Source of the DNA: Candidatus Hydrogenedentota bacterium
Lineage (GTDB): Bacteria; Hydrogenedentota; Hydrogenedentia; Hydrogenedentales; SLHB01
Direction of reading: 5' to 3'
Assembly (NCBI GenBank): GCA_029974275.1
Contig: JARKSN010000118.1
Coordinates: 1-13,790 of the forward strand
Length of the DNA stretch: 13,790 nucleotides
In this document: piece by piece, positions 1-7,782 of the stretch
How positions within the stretch are numbered: position 1 is the first letter of the stretch
Layout of the letters: each line of letters opens with the position of its first letter
Notes under the pieces: model-generated
Databases searched by the model: none
Told to the model about the DNA's origin: nothing
The model's input: only the letters and a program-made list of their open reading frames with translations
Translations under genes and position numbers: made by a program

Positions 1-10
1 TGTTACAAAA

Positions 11-86
11 CAACTACTATTTCATGTCAAAATAGTTGTTGACGAAGCGAAAAGCGACATGATAAACTAATTTTGCACGAAATAGT
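11..86. promoter_or_regulatory. Two palindromic operator-like sites (ACTAwTT-N7-AAATAGT) flanking the Fic promoter
   Basis: Site 1 at 16-36 is ACTATTT-CATGTCA-AAATAGT; its arms extend to 11-22 CAACTACTATTT and 30-41 AAATAGTTGTTG (11/12 inverted match). Site 2 at 66-86 is ACTAATT-TTGCACG-AAATAGT. The sites are exactly 50 bp apart. Confidence 0.6.
39..68 (+). promoter_or_regulatory. Putative sigma70-type promoter of the Fic gene
   Basis: TTGACG (39-44), 18-bp spacer, TAAACT (63-68) preceded by TG at 60-61 (extended -10, TGnTAAACT), in an AT-rich region upstream of ATG 133. Confidence 0.55.
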
Positions 87-132
87 ATATAACACAAAAA
101 ATACAACGCATTGAAAAACAATAGGTTGCGAC

Positions 133-1467
133 ATGAGAAAGCCAAAAACGCCGCCAAATCATGATCATTTTCTTCGCTTCATGACGGATAAGGATCGCAT
201 GCTAGCTGCCATTCGTGCGATCAATAGCCCCCTTGTAGATGGAAAGTATCTTCACTGGGATCAGCTTTTACGCTATTCGCCGCCGGCAGATTTGTCCCAT
301 GAAGATTGGTGGCACGGCCTCAAGTTCCAGCGTATGCCAACGTGCACGCGGCTGCCTTTGGCAAGTAAGTTAGGTGGGCACTTCTCGTACACGCTGGTGA
401 ATTTGATTCCCGAACATTTGCACTGGATTGATCTGCAAGCAGGTGGTTCGATCGAGATGCCCGGCGACATTGCAAATGAGAATTCACGGGATCGGTATAT
501 CTTCAATTCACTGCTCGAGGAAGCCATCACATCCAGTCAGATCGAGGGGGCAACCACAACACGTCAAGTTGCCAAAGACATGCTACGCACAGGGCGTCCA
601 CCACGTGACAGAAGCGAGCGCATGATCTTCAACAATTTCGTAACGATGCAACACATCAACGAAATCAAGAATCGTCCCCTGACCAAGGATATCGTGTTTG
701 AGCTACACCGGCTCGTCACGGAAGAGACACTCAACGATCCAGATGCGGCTGGTCGCTTCAGAAGAAACGGAGAAAACATCTATGTCGCGGGTGATAATGA
801 CGATATTCATCACGTTCCTCCGTCCGCCGACGAACTCAATGCTCGTATGGATGCCATGTGCGCGTTCGCAAACGGCGAAACCCCAGAAGAGTTCGTGCAC
901 CCCGCTATCCGCTCGATTGCGTTACATTTTTGGCTTGCCTACGATCACCCTTTTGTTGATGGCAATGGTCGCACAGCCCGCGCGTTGTTCTACTGGTCTA
1001 TGTTGCACCATGGGTATTGGCTGTTCGAGTTTCTGTCGATATCGCACATTATTCAAAAGGCGCCGAGCAAGTATAGCCGTGCCTTTTTATACACCGAAAC
1101 AGACGATAACGACTTGACATATTTCATCCTTTACCATTTGGACGTGATGAGGAAAGCAGTGGCTAGTCTCAATGACTACGTCAAGCGCAAGACAGAAGAA
1201 ATACAGGTTATCGAGAGACAATTGCGTGCAACAGCCACTGTCAATCATCGCCAGCTAGCTCTCATAAGCCATGCACTGCGCCATCGCGATCAAATCTACA
1301 CCATCGAATCGCACAGACGAAGCCATAACGTCGTGTATCAGACGGCACGGTTGGATTTGCTAGATCTGCTCGATTTAGGCATATTGACGGTGCGAAAATC
1401 CGGACGAACCATGCAGTTTCGCCCAGCGCCGGATATTGACGAGAGGCTTGCCGAGCTTACGTTGTGA
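133..1467 (+). CDS. Fic/DOC family protein (putative AMP transferase) with N-terminal inhibitory helix motif and probable C-terminal winged-helix domain
   Basis: 444-aa ORF with the canonical Fic motif HPFVDGNGRTAR (HxFx[D/E]GNGRxxR). SSQIEG matches the inhibitory (S/T)xxxE(G/N) motif and lies N-terminal to the core. The C-terminus NHRQLALI...YTIESHRRSHNVVYQTARLDLLDLLDLGIL...KSGR resembles a wHTH. Confidence 0.93.
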   Translation: MRKPKTPPNHDHFLRFMTDKDRMLAAIRAINSPLVDGKYLHWDQLLRYSPPADLSHEDWWHGLKFQRMPTCTRLPLASKLGGHFSYTLVNLIPEHLHWIDLQAGGSIEMPGDIANENSRDRYIFNSLLEEAITSSQIEGATTTRQVAKDMLRTGRPPRDRSERMIFNNFVTMQHINEIKNRPLTKDIVFELHRLVTEETLNDPDAAGRFRRNGENIYVAGDNDDIHHVPPSADELNARMDAMCAFANGETPEEFVHPAIRSIALHFWLAYDHPFVDGNGRTARALFYWSMLHHGYWLFEFLSISHIIQKAPSKYSRAFLYTETDDNDLTYFILYHLDVMRKAVASLNDYVKRKTEEIQVIERQLRATATVNHRQLALISHALRHRDQIYTIESHRRSHNVVYQTARLDLLDLLDLGILTVRKSGRTMQFRPAPDIDERLAELTL

Positions 1468-1560
1468 AGCAAACAATTCCTTTTTTTTGATGTTGCTTGC
1501 GGAGTCAGAGTAGGCTTACCGCAAAATCATTGCGTGGCGCCGTGAACTGGAGATTCGCCT

Positions 1561-2559
1561 GTGAACTACCCGGAACAACGATTGCGAAGGCTGCGGCGAA
1601 ATGAGACGTTGCGGCGGATGGTGCGGGAAACGACGGTGTCGGTCGATGACCTGATCATGCCGTTGTTTGTGCGGCCGGGCACGGGCGTGCGTAAGGCGAT
1701 TGCCTCGATGCCGGGGCAGGCGCAACTTTCGCCGGATGTGGCCGTCGAAGAGGCGTGCGAATTGGCCGAACTTGGCGTGCCGGCCGTGTTGCTGTTCGGC
1801 ATCCCGGAGCACAAGGACGCCGTGGGATCGCAGGCATATGCCGACGACGCGATCGTATGCGAGGCCGTGCGCGCGATCAAGAAGGCGCGCCCCGAACTCT
1901 GCATCATTACGGACGTGTGCCTGTGCGAATACACGGACCACGGGCATTGCGGGGCGGTGTACACAAACCGAGACGGAGTGCGGGACGTGGACAACGACGC
2001 GACGCTTGAGTTGCTTGTGCGCGAGGCGTTGGCGCACGCGCGGGCGGGCGCGGACATCGTCGCACCGTCGGATATGATGGACGGACGTGTCGGCGCGATT
2101 CGTCGCGCGCTCGATGAAGCGGCCCTGTCGGACGTGGCGATCATGGCGTACAGCGCCAAGTTTGCGTCGGCGTTCTATGGGCCGTTCCGCGACGCCGCGG
2201 AGTCGCCGCCGCAGTTCGGCGATCGGCGTTCGTATCAGATGGACCCCGCGAATGGCGTGGAAGGACTGCGCGAGATCGAGGCGGACATCGCGGAAGGCGC
2301 GGACCTTGTGATGGTGAAACCGGCGGTGCCGTACTTGGACGTCCTGGCGCGCGCGGCGGACTGCTTCGACGTGCCGATGGCGGCGTACCACGTGTCCGGC
2401 GAATACGCGATGCTGAAGGCCGCGGTCGCCAACGGCTGGATCGAGGAACGCCGCGCCGTGCTCGAAACCTTGACCGCGATTCGCCGCGCGGGCGCGAAAC
2501 TCATCATCACCTACTATGCGAAGGATGTTGTCCACTGGTTGGAGGAGCCCAGCGCATGA
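1561..2559 (+). CDS. hemB: Porphobilinogen synthase (delta-aminolevulinic acid dehydratase)
   Basis: RLRRLR N-terminus, Zn-binding DVCLCEYTDHGHCG, APSDMMDGRV, YSAKFASAFYGPFRDA, MVKPA (Schiff-base Lys) and AYHVSGEY. GTG start with GGAGA RBS at 1549-1553. Confidence 0.97.
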   Translation: MNYPEQRLRRLRRNETLRRMVRETTVSVDDLIMPLFVRPGTGVRKAIASMPGQAQLSPDVAVEEACELAELGVPAVLLFGIPEHKDAVGSQAYADDAIVCEAVRAIKKARPELCIITDVCLCEYTDHGHCGAVYTNRDGVRDVDNDATLELLVREALAHARAGADIVAPSDMMDGRVGAIRRALDEAALSDVAIMAYSAKFASAFYGPFRDAAESPPQFGDRRSYQMDPANGVEGLREIEADIAEGADLVMVKPAVPYLDVLARAADCFDVPMAAYHVSGEYAMLKAAVANGWIEERRAVLETLTAIRRAGAKLIITYYAKDVVHWLEEPSA

Positions 2560-3824
2560 ACGAAGCGTATGTTACGCTGGTCATCTTCGTGGCAGCCTAT
2601 GTGTTGTTTGTCGTGTTGCCGACGCGCCGTAGTCTTGTGGCCTGTGGCGGGGCATTGCTGTTGCTGTTTTCGGGCGTCATGTCGCCGTTGGAAGCCTTTT
2701 TGTCGATTAATTGGAACGTCATGGGCATATTTGTCGGCATGCTTGTCATGGCGGATGTGTTTATTGAAAGCCGATGCCCGGCCTATCTTGCGGAATGCAT
2801 CGTAAACCGAGCCCCCAGCACGGCGTGGGCATTATTGTTCATCTGCGCGTTGACCGGAGCCATCTCGATGTTTGTCGAGAACGTCGCAACGGTGCTTATC
2901 ATCGCGCCGATCGCGATCGAAATGACGAAGCGATTACAGATCAGCCCGGTTGCCACCATCATCGGCATCGCCATCAGCAGTAACTTGCAGGGCACGGCCA
3001 CGCTGATCGGCGATCCCCCCAGCATGTTGCTCGGCGGTTACGCCAAGATGACCTTCATGGATTTTTTCTTCTACCAGGGGAAACCCAGCATTTTCTTCGC
3101 AGTGGAACTCGGCGCACTAGCGTCGTTCGTCGTGCTGTACATGGTCTTTCGACGTCACGGGAAAAAGATGACGGTGATGGCGGTCGAGAAGGTCGAGTCG
3201 TGGACACCGGCAATCGCGTTGGTATTGTTGATTGCCGCGCTGGCCCTCTCATCGTTTTTCGATAAAGAGTTCAGCTACATGGCGGGGGGGCTGTGCATGC
3301 TGTTTGCCGCGGCAATGGTTATCTGGGCAGAGATCACGAAACGGGGCGCGTTCCTTGCCGGCATCAAGCGTCTGGACTGGGACACCACGTTCTTTCTACT
3401 GGGCATCTTCGTGATCGTTCACAGTTTGTCGGGGGCGGGATGGATTGACCGAATTTCCACGGAATTGTCGGACCTCATCGGCGGCAACATCTTTCTCGGG
3501 TATACGATGCTTGTTTTTCTGTCCGTCGCAGTGTCTGCGTTTGTCGACAACGTACCGTTTCTCGCGGCGATGCTGCCGGTCGCGCTCTCGTTGTCCGAGC
3601 GCCTCCACATTGACCCGACGCTGTTTCTCTTCGGATTGCTGATCGGCGCGAGTCTGGGCGGAAACGTGACCCCCATCGGGGCTTCCGCCAACATTGTCGG
3701 CATGGGATTGCTGCGCAAAGAAGGCCACCCCGTGACCTTTCGCCAGTGGGCCGCGATTTCGGTGCCCTTCACCATCGCGGCGGTGTTGCCTGCATACCTG
3801 CTGGTGTGGTTTATTTGGTCATAG
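2556..3824 (+). CDS. ArsB/NhaD/SLC13 (ion transporter superfamily) permease
   Basis: 422-aa polytopic membrane protein with two repeated IT-superfamily motif sets: SMFVENVAT...SNLQGTATLIGDPPS and SAFVDNVP...LGGNVTPIGASAN. The start overlaps the hemB stop (ATGA 2556-2559). Confidence 0.85.
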   Translation: MNEAYVTLVIFVAAYVLFVVLPTRRSLVACGGALLLLFSGVMSPLEAFLSINWNVMGIFVGMLVMADVFIESRCPAYLAECIVNRAPSTAWALLFICALTGAISMFVENVATVLIIAPIAIEMTKRLQISPVATIIGIAISSNLQGTATLIGDPPSMLLGGYAKMTFMDFFFYQGKPSIFFAVELGALASFVVLYMVFRRHGKKMTVMAVEKVESWTPAIALVLLIAALALSSFFDKEFSYMAGGLCMLFAAAMVIWAEITKRGAFLAGIKRLDWDTTFFLLGIFVIVHSLSGAGWIDRISTELSDLIGGNIFLGYTMLVFLSVAVSAFVDNVPFLAAMLPVALSLSERLHIDPTLFLFGLLIGASLGGNVTPIGASANIVGMGLLRKEGHPVTFRQWAAISVPFTIAAVLPAYLLVWFIWS

Positions 3825-3852
3825 CATAACGCGTAGAGGGGGAATCAAACGC

Positions 3853-5136
3853 ATGGAGCGTAAGCGGTCTTCGGAATTGTGGCAGGCGGCGAATCGCGTG
3901 CTGGCGGGCGGGGTCAACAGCCCCGTGCGCGCCTTCAAAGGCGTCGGCGGCGACCCCTTTTTCGCCGTCTCGGGCAAGGGCGCGTACGTGACCGACGCCG
4001 ACGGAAATGCACTGATCGACTACGTGCTTTCATGGGGACCGCTCATCCTCGGACACGCGCATCCGCATGTCGTCGAGGCCGTCATACGGGCGATGGAAAA
4101 GGGCTCCAGTTTCGGCATCCCGACGGAAAACGAGATCCGCCTCGCCGAGAAGATCATCGCGCACTATCCGTCGATGGAAAAGGTTCGGCTCGTCAACAGC
4201 GGCACCGAAGCCACGATGAGCGCGATTCGTCTCGCGCGCGGCTATACGGGGCGCGACCTGTTGATTAAGGTCGAGGGTTGTTACCACGGCCACGCGGACG
4301 CCCTGCTCGTCAAGGCGGGCAGCGGCTTGACGACGCTCGGCGTGCCGACGAGTCCCGGCGTGCCCGCGCCGTATGCGTCGTGCACGCTCACGATGCCGTT
4401 CAACGACCTCGCCGCGGCGCGCGCGCTTTTCCGCGAACACGGCGATCGCATCGCCGCGATTATTGTCGAACCAGTTGCAGGCAATATGGGGGTCGTGCCG
4501 CCTGCGGAGGGGTATCTGCAGGGGTTACGTCAACTAACACGCGAATCGGGCGCGCTGCTGATTTTCGACGAGGTGATGTGCGGGTTCCGCGTGGCGCTGG
4601 GCGGTGCGCAAGCGCGTTACGGCGTGACAGCGGACCTGACCGTGCTCGGCAAGGTCATTGGCGGCGGCCTGCCCGTCGGCGCGTACGGCGGTCCGGCAGC
4701 AATCATGGACCTTCTCTCGCCGACGGGTCCGGTGTACCAGGCGGGGACTCTCTCCGGCAACCCGCTCGCCACGGCGGCTGGCATCGCCACGCTGGAGGCG
4801 CTCGAACAACCCGGCGTGTTCGAGAGCATCGCGAAGAAAACCGGCGACCTGTGCGCGGGACTGTGGGCGTTGGCCCGCAGTGCAGGCGTGCCCGTGTTTC
4901 AGACGCATGTCGGCACGATGGCCTGCCTGTTTTTTTCGACCAATCCCGTGCGCAACTATGCCGACGCGCTCCAGGCCGATACGCAACGTTACGCGCGTTT
5001 CTTCTGGACCATGCTCGACAGCGGCATTTACCTTGCGCCGTCTCAGTTCGAGGCGATGTTCCTCAGCGCGGCCCACGGCGATGTCGAGATCGAAAAGACC
5101 TTGGATGCCGCACGGAAAGCCTTTGCTAGTTGTTAA
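3853..5136 (+). CDS. hemL: Glutamate-1-semialdehyde 2,1-aminomutase
   Basis: GGVNSPVRAF, DYVLSWGPLILGH, VNSGTEATMSAIRLARG, GCYHGH, FDEVMCGFR, PLP-binding GKVIGGGLPVG, YQAGTLSGNP and PSQFE. Purine-rich RBS GAGGGGG upstream. Confidence 0.97.
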   Translation: MERKRSSELWQAANRVLAGGVNSPVRAFKGVGGDPFFAVSGKGAYVTDADGNALIDYVLSWGPLILGHAHPHVVEAVIRAMEKGSSFGIPTENEIRLAEKIIAHYPSMEKVRLVNSGTEATMSAIRLARGYTGRDLLIKVEGCYHGHADALLVKAGSGLTTLGVPTSPGVPAPYASCTLTMPFNDLAAARALFREHGDRIAAIIVEPVAGNMGVVPPAEGYLQGLRQLTRESGALLIFDEVMCGFRVALGGAQARYGVTADLTVLGKVIGGGLPVGAYGGPAAIMDLLSPTGPVYQAGTLSGNPLATAAGIATLEALEQPGVFESIAKKTGDLCAGLWALARSAGVPVFQTHVGTMACLFFSTNPVRNYADALQADTQRYARFFWTMLDSGIYLAPSQFEAMFLSAAHGDVEIEKTLDAARKAFASC

Positions 5137-5178
5137 TCGGGGCGAGCGGAGCACCACAACGCCGCCGTGAGGAAAAGC

Positions 5179-5207
5179 TTGCCCTGTTTTGGCCGGCCTA
5201 TTATACT
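5179..5207 (+). promoter_or_regulatory. Putative sigma70 promoter of the PAP2-GT gene
   Basis: TTGCCC (5179-5184), 17-bp spacer, TATACT (5202-5207). ATG 5216 follows 8 nt after the -10 box. Confidence 0.6.
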
Positions 5208-5215
5208 TGCGCCCC

Positions 5216-7381
5216 ATGAATACCGAGTTATTCCGTTTTATCAACCAGACCATGAAAACGCCCTGGTTGGATCAGGTGATTCCTTTTTTTTCTGACAAGG
5301 ATTACGTGGTGATTCCCGGGGCGGTTGCGGCAGCGCTGGTGTTGTATTTTGGGCGGCGACATGCGCGGACCTGCCTGTTGGCGCTGGCGTTGGCGTTGCT
5401 GGTTGCGGATGTAGGGTCGGAGAAGGTCATCAAGAACGTTTTTTTGGAGCCGCGCCCCTACGCAACGCTTGAGAATGTTCATCTGCACCGCGGCAACGAC
5501 TGGCAGCTCTACGACCCCGCATGGTACAAACATGACAAACGCCAGAGCAACGGCTTTCCTTCCAGTCATGCCGCCAATGTCGCGGCTATCGCGACGGCGC
5601 TTGCGTTCCTCGATCGCCGCACGTTGTGCGCAACGGTTCCGCTTGCATTGTTGGTGGGTTTTTCGCGGGTGTATACCGGCAATCATTATCCCGTCGATGT
5701 GTTGGGCGGCTATGGATGGGGATTTCTTGCGGGAATTTCCATGATGTGGGTGAGCAGGAGGCTTGTGCGGCGTTGTTGCGGTTCGGAACAAGCCGTCGAG
5801 GGGGGCGGTTTCGCGCCGCCAGAGCGTCAAGCCTTCTACTGGTTGCTTGGGTTGTGGACGCTCGCGAACTTCCTGTTTGTTCACATGGGCGTGTACAGCT
5901 TGGCGGGAGATGAGGCGCAGTATTGGGACTGGTCGCGTCGTCTGGCGTTGGGCTATTACAGCAAGCCGCCGATGATCGCGTATGTCATCGACATTCTAAC
6001 AAGCGCAGGCGGCACCAAGGAGTGGGCCATTCGTTCCGGCTCGGTGATTCTTTCATCGACATCGCTTGCGCTCATCTATGCGCTGACGCTTCGCATAGCT
6101 CGCAGCGAAAAGGCCGCCTTGATGGCAGCAGGATCGGCAATGGCCATGCCGGCTGTTTGGGCGGGGTCGGTTCTGATGACCATCGATCCGCTCTTGGTGA
6201 CGTTCTGGACGCTGGCGATGTACACGTTTCATCGCGCGGTCCACGGCGATCGCGGCATGTGGGCGTTGACGGGGCTGGCGATGGGGTTGGGCATGTTGTC
6301 CAAGTATACGGCGGGGGTCTTGTACGTTGCGTTTTTGCTCTATCTATTGTTCGCCGATCGGAAGCGGCTGCGCACGCCAGGGCCGTATGTCGCGATGGCC
6401 ATTTCGCTCTTGTGCCTGTCAGGCGTGGCGTATTGGAACTGGGTGCACGATTGGGCGTCGTGGCGCCACACGGTTGGCATCGGCGCGGACGATTCCGGAC
6501 TGTCTCTGCGGTCCATGGAACGCCTCGGCGTTTATTTCGGCGCGCAGGCCGGCATCGTTTCGCCCGTTCTATTCGGGATGTATCTGTGGGCGATTTGGCA
6601 GTGTCTCGTGCGCGCGAAGGACGACCGTAACGCGTTGTACGTGACGCTTTGTTTTGGGGTTCTTTTCGCGTTTTATGCGCTGGTGTCTTTGACGCACAAG
6701 CCCGAGCCGAACTGGCCCGTTGCCGCATACCCCGCCGCCGCGATCGCGTTGGGCTGGGTTTGGACGCAGCGCGAACGGGGCCGGGCGGCTCGTTGGGCGT
6801 TTTTGGCGGCGGTGTTTTTGGGGTGCGCCGTAGGGGTGATGGCCCGGTCGCTGGACGCTGTGTATGCCTTCGCAAACAGCTCGAATGGGACGACGGATTC
6901 CTCGGACCGGCTGGAATTGTTCGGAATGCGCTTCGCCCCGCGTCAGGACCCGACGAACGAACTCAAGGGCGGGCCGGAGCTTGGGGCCGCTCTGGCCAAG
7001 CATATCGGCATTGGCGGAAAGGACGGAGCCCCGTTCCTTTTCAGCGATCGGTATCAAATGACCGCGCAGCTTGCGTTCTATGGGCCTGGCCGACCGCGTG
7101 CCTACTGCATGAATCTCGGCGATCGCCGGAGGAACCAATACGATCTTTGGGGCGGTTGGGACATGCTGGCGGGGCGTGACGGTCTTCTCGTCATGGGCGG
7201 AGACGAGATGAAGGCGCGGCTGTATATCGAGGGGTTGGTGCAGCGCGGAGCGTTTGACCGGGGCGAGTTTCTCGAGCGTGTTGATGTCTGGCGCGGGGCA
7301 GTGCGGATCAAGAGCTTCACGATCAGCCGTTTATACAACTACTCGGGCCGTGAATGGACGACGGGACGCGAACGATACTGA
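5216..7381 (+). CDS. Fusion protein: N-terminal PAP2 lipid phosphatase + ArnT/Rgt-like GT-C (PMT_2-type) membrane glycosyltransferase
   Basis: All three PAP2 motifs are present: KNVFLEPRP (Kx6RP), FPSSH and SRVYTGNHYPVD. The GT-C signature DEAQYWDWSRRLALGYYSKPPMIA follows, then TIDP, GMLSKYT, many TM segments and a soluble C-terminal domain. ATG 5216 (721 aa) is preferred over TTG 5189, which lies inside the promoter. Confidence 0.85.
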   Translation: MNTELFRFINQTMKTPWLDQVIPFFSDKDYVVIPGAVAAALVLYFGRRHARTCLLALALALLVADVGSEKVIKNVFLEPRPYATLENVHLHRGNDWQLYDPAWYKHDKRQSNGFPSSHAANVAAIATALAFLDRRTLCATVPLALLVGFSRVYTGNHYPVDVLGGYGWGFLAGISMMWVSRRLVRRCCGSEQAVEGGGFAPPERQAFYWLLGLWTLANFLFVHMGVYSLAGDEAQYWDWSRRLALGYYSKPPMIAYVIDILTSAGGTKEWAIRSGSVILSSTSLALIYALTLRIARSEKAALMAAGSAMAMPAVWAGSVLMTIDPLLVTFWTLAMYTFHRAVHGDRGMWALTGLAMGLGMLSKYTAGVLYVAFLLYLLFADRKRLRTPGPYVAMAISLLCLSGVAYWNWVHDWASWRHTVGIGADDSGLSLRSMERLGVYFGAQAGIVSPVLFGMYLWAIWQCLVRAKDDRNALYVTLCFGVLFAFYALVSLTHKPEPNWPVAAYPAAAIALGWVWTQRERGRAARWAFLAAVFLGCAVGVMARSLDAVYAFANSSNGTTDSSDRLELFGMRFAPRQDPTNELKGGPELGAALAKHIGIGGKDGAPFLFSDRYQMTAQLAFYGPGRPRAYCMNLGDRRRNQYDLWGGWDMLAGRDGLLVMGGDEMKARLYIEGLVQRGAFDRGEFLERVDVWRGAVRIKSFTISRLYNYSGREWTTGRERY

Positions 7382-7418
7382 TTGCGGGGACACGAAAACC
7401 GAAGAAAAAGGGCTGGCT

Positions 7419-7775
7419 ATGCACGCGGGAAATGCTTCGACGATTGCTCTGTTGATTGGTTCGAACGTGTTCATGACGTATGCCTGGTATGGCCATTTGA
7501 AGGACCTCAAGGGCAAGCCGCTGTTGATTGTCATCGTCGCGAGTTGGGCGGTGGCGTTTCTCGAATATTGTCTGCAGGTGCCGGCCAACCGCATCGGGTA
7601 TCACTTCTTTTCGCTCGGGCAGCTCAAAGTGCTGCAAGAGATCATCACGATGTGCGTGTTCGCGGTATTCGCGTTGGTGTATATGAAAGAGCAGCTCAAG
7701 TGGGACTATTTATGGGCGGGGTTGTGTCTTGCCGGCGCGGCGTATTTCATGTTCCGCAACGTTTCGCCCGTGTGA
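7419..7775 (+). CDS. DMT superfamily small membrane protein (DUF486-like)
   Basis: 118 aa from ATG 7419 with four hydrophobic segments and the motifs SNVFMTYAWYGHLK, SWAVAFLEYCLQVPANRIG and QLKVLQEIIT. The ORF-track extension to 7254 overlaps the upstream CDS. Confidence 0.85.
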   Translation: MHAGNASTIALLIGSNVFMTYAWYGHLKDLKGKPLLIVIVASWAVAFLEYCLQVPANRIGYHFFSLGQLKVLQEIITMCVFAVFALVYMKEQLKWDYLWAGLCLAGAAYFMFRNVSPV

Positions 7776-7782
7776 GTTCGCG

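Noticed and set aside
16..86. Inverted 21-bp sites as recombinase targets of an invertible promoter
   Set aside because: The 7-bp spacers match at only 4/7 positions, only 29 bp separate the sites, the -10 box overlaps site 2, and no recombinase is in the window. An operator pair is the simpler reading.
1467..1498. AAGCAAACA...TGTTGCTT inverted repeat with a T8 run as the Fic terminator
   Set aside because: The stem is AT-rich and bulged, and the T-run lies in the loop rather than after the stem.
1487..1516. TTGATG-N18-TAGGCT as the hemB promoter
   Set aside because: Plausible but weak, with competing hexamers nearby; not enough support to call.
1516..2535. 339-aa antisense ORF spanning hemB, and similar shadow ORFs over hemL, the GT fusion, the sulfatase-like gene and metG
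   Set aside because: Arg/Ala/Pro-rich translations with no recognisable motifs; expected from high-GC codon bias opposite or within real genes.
7254..7418. N-terminal extension of the DMT ORF
   Set aside because: It overlaps the GT fusion CDS in another frame; family-like sequence begins at ATG 7419.
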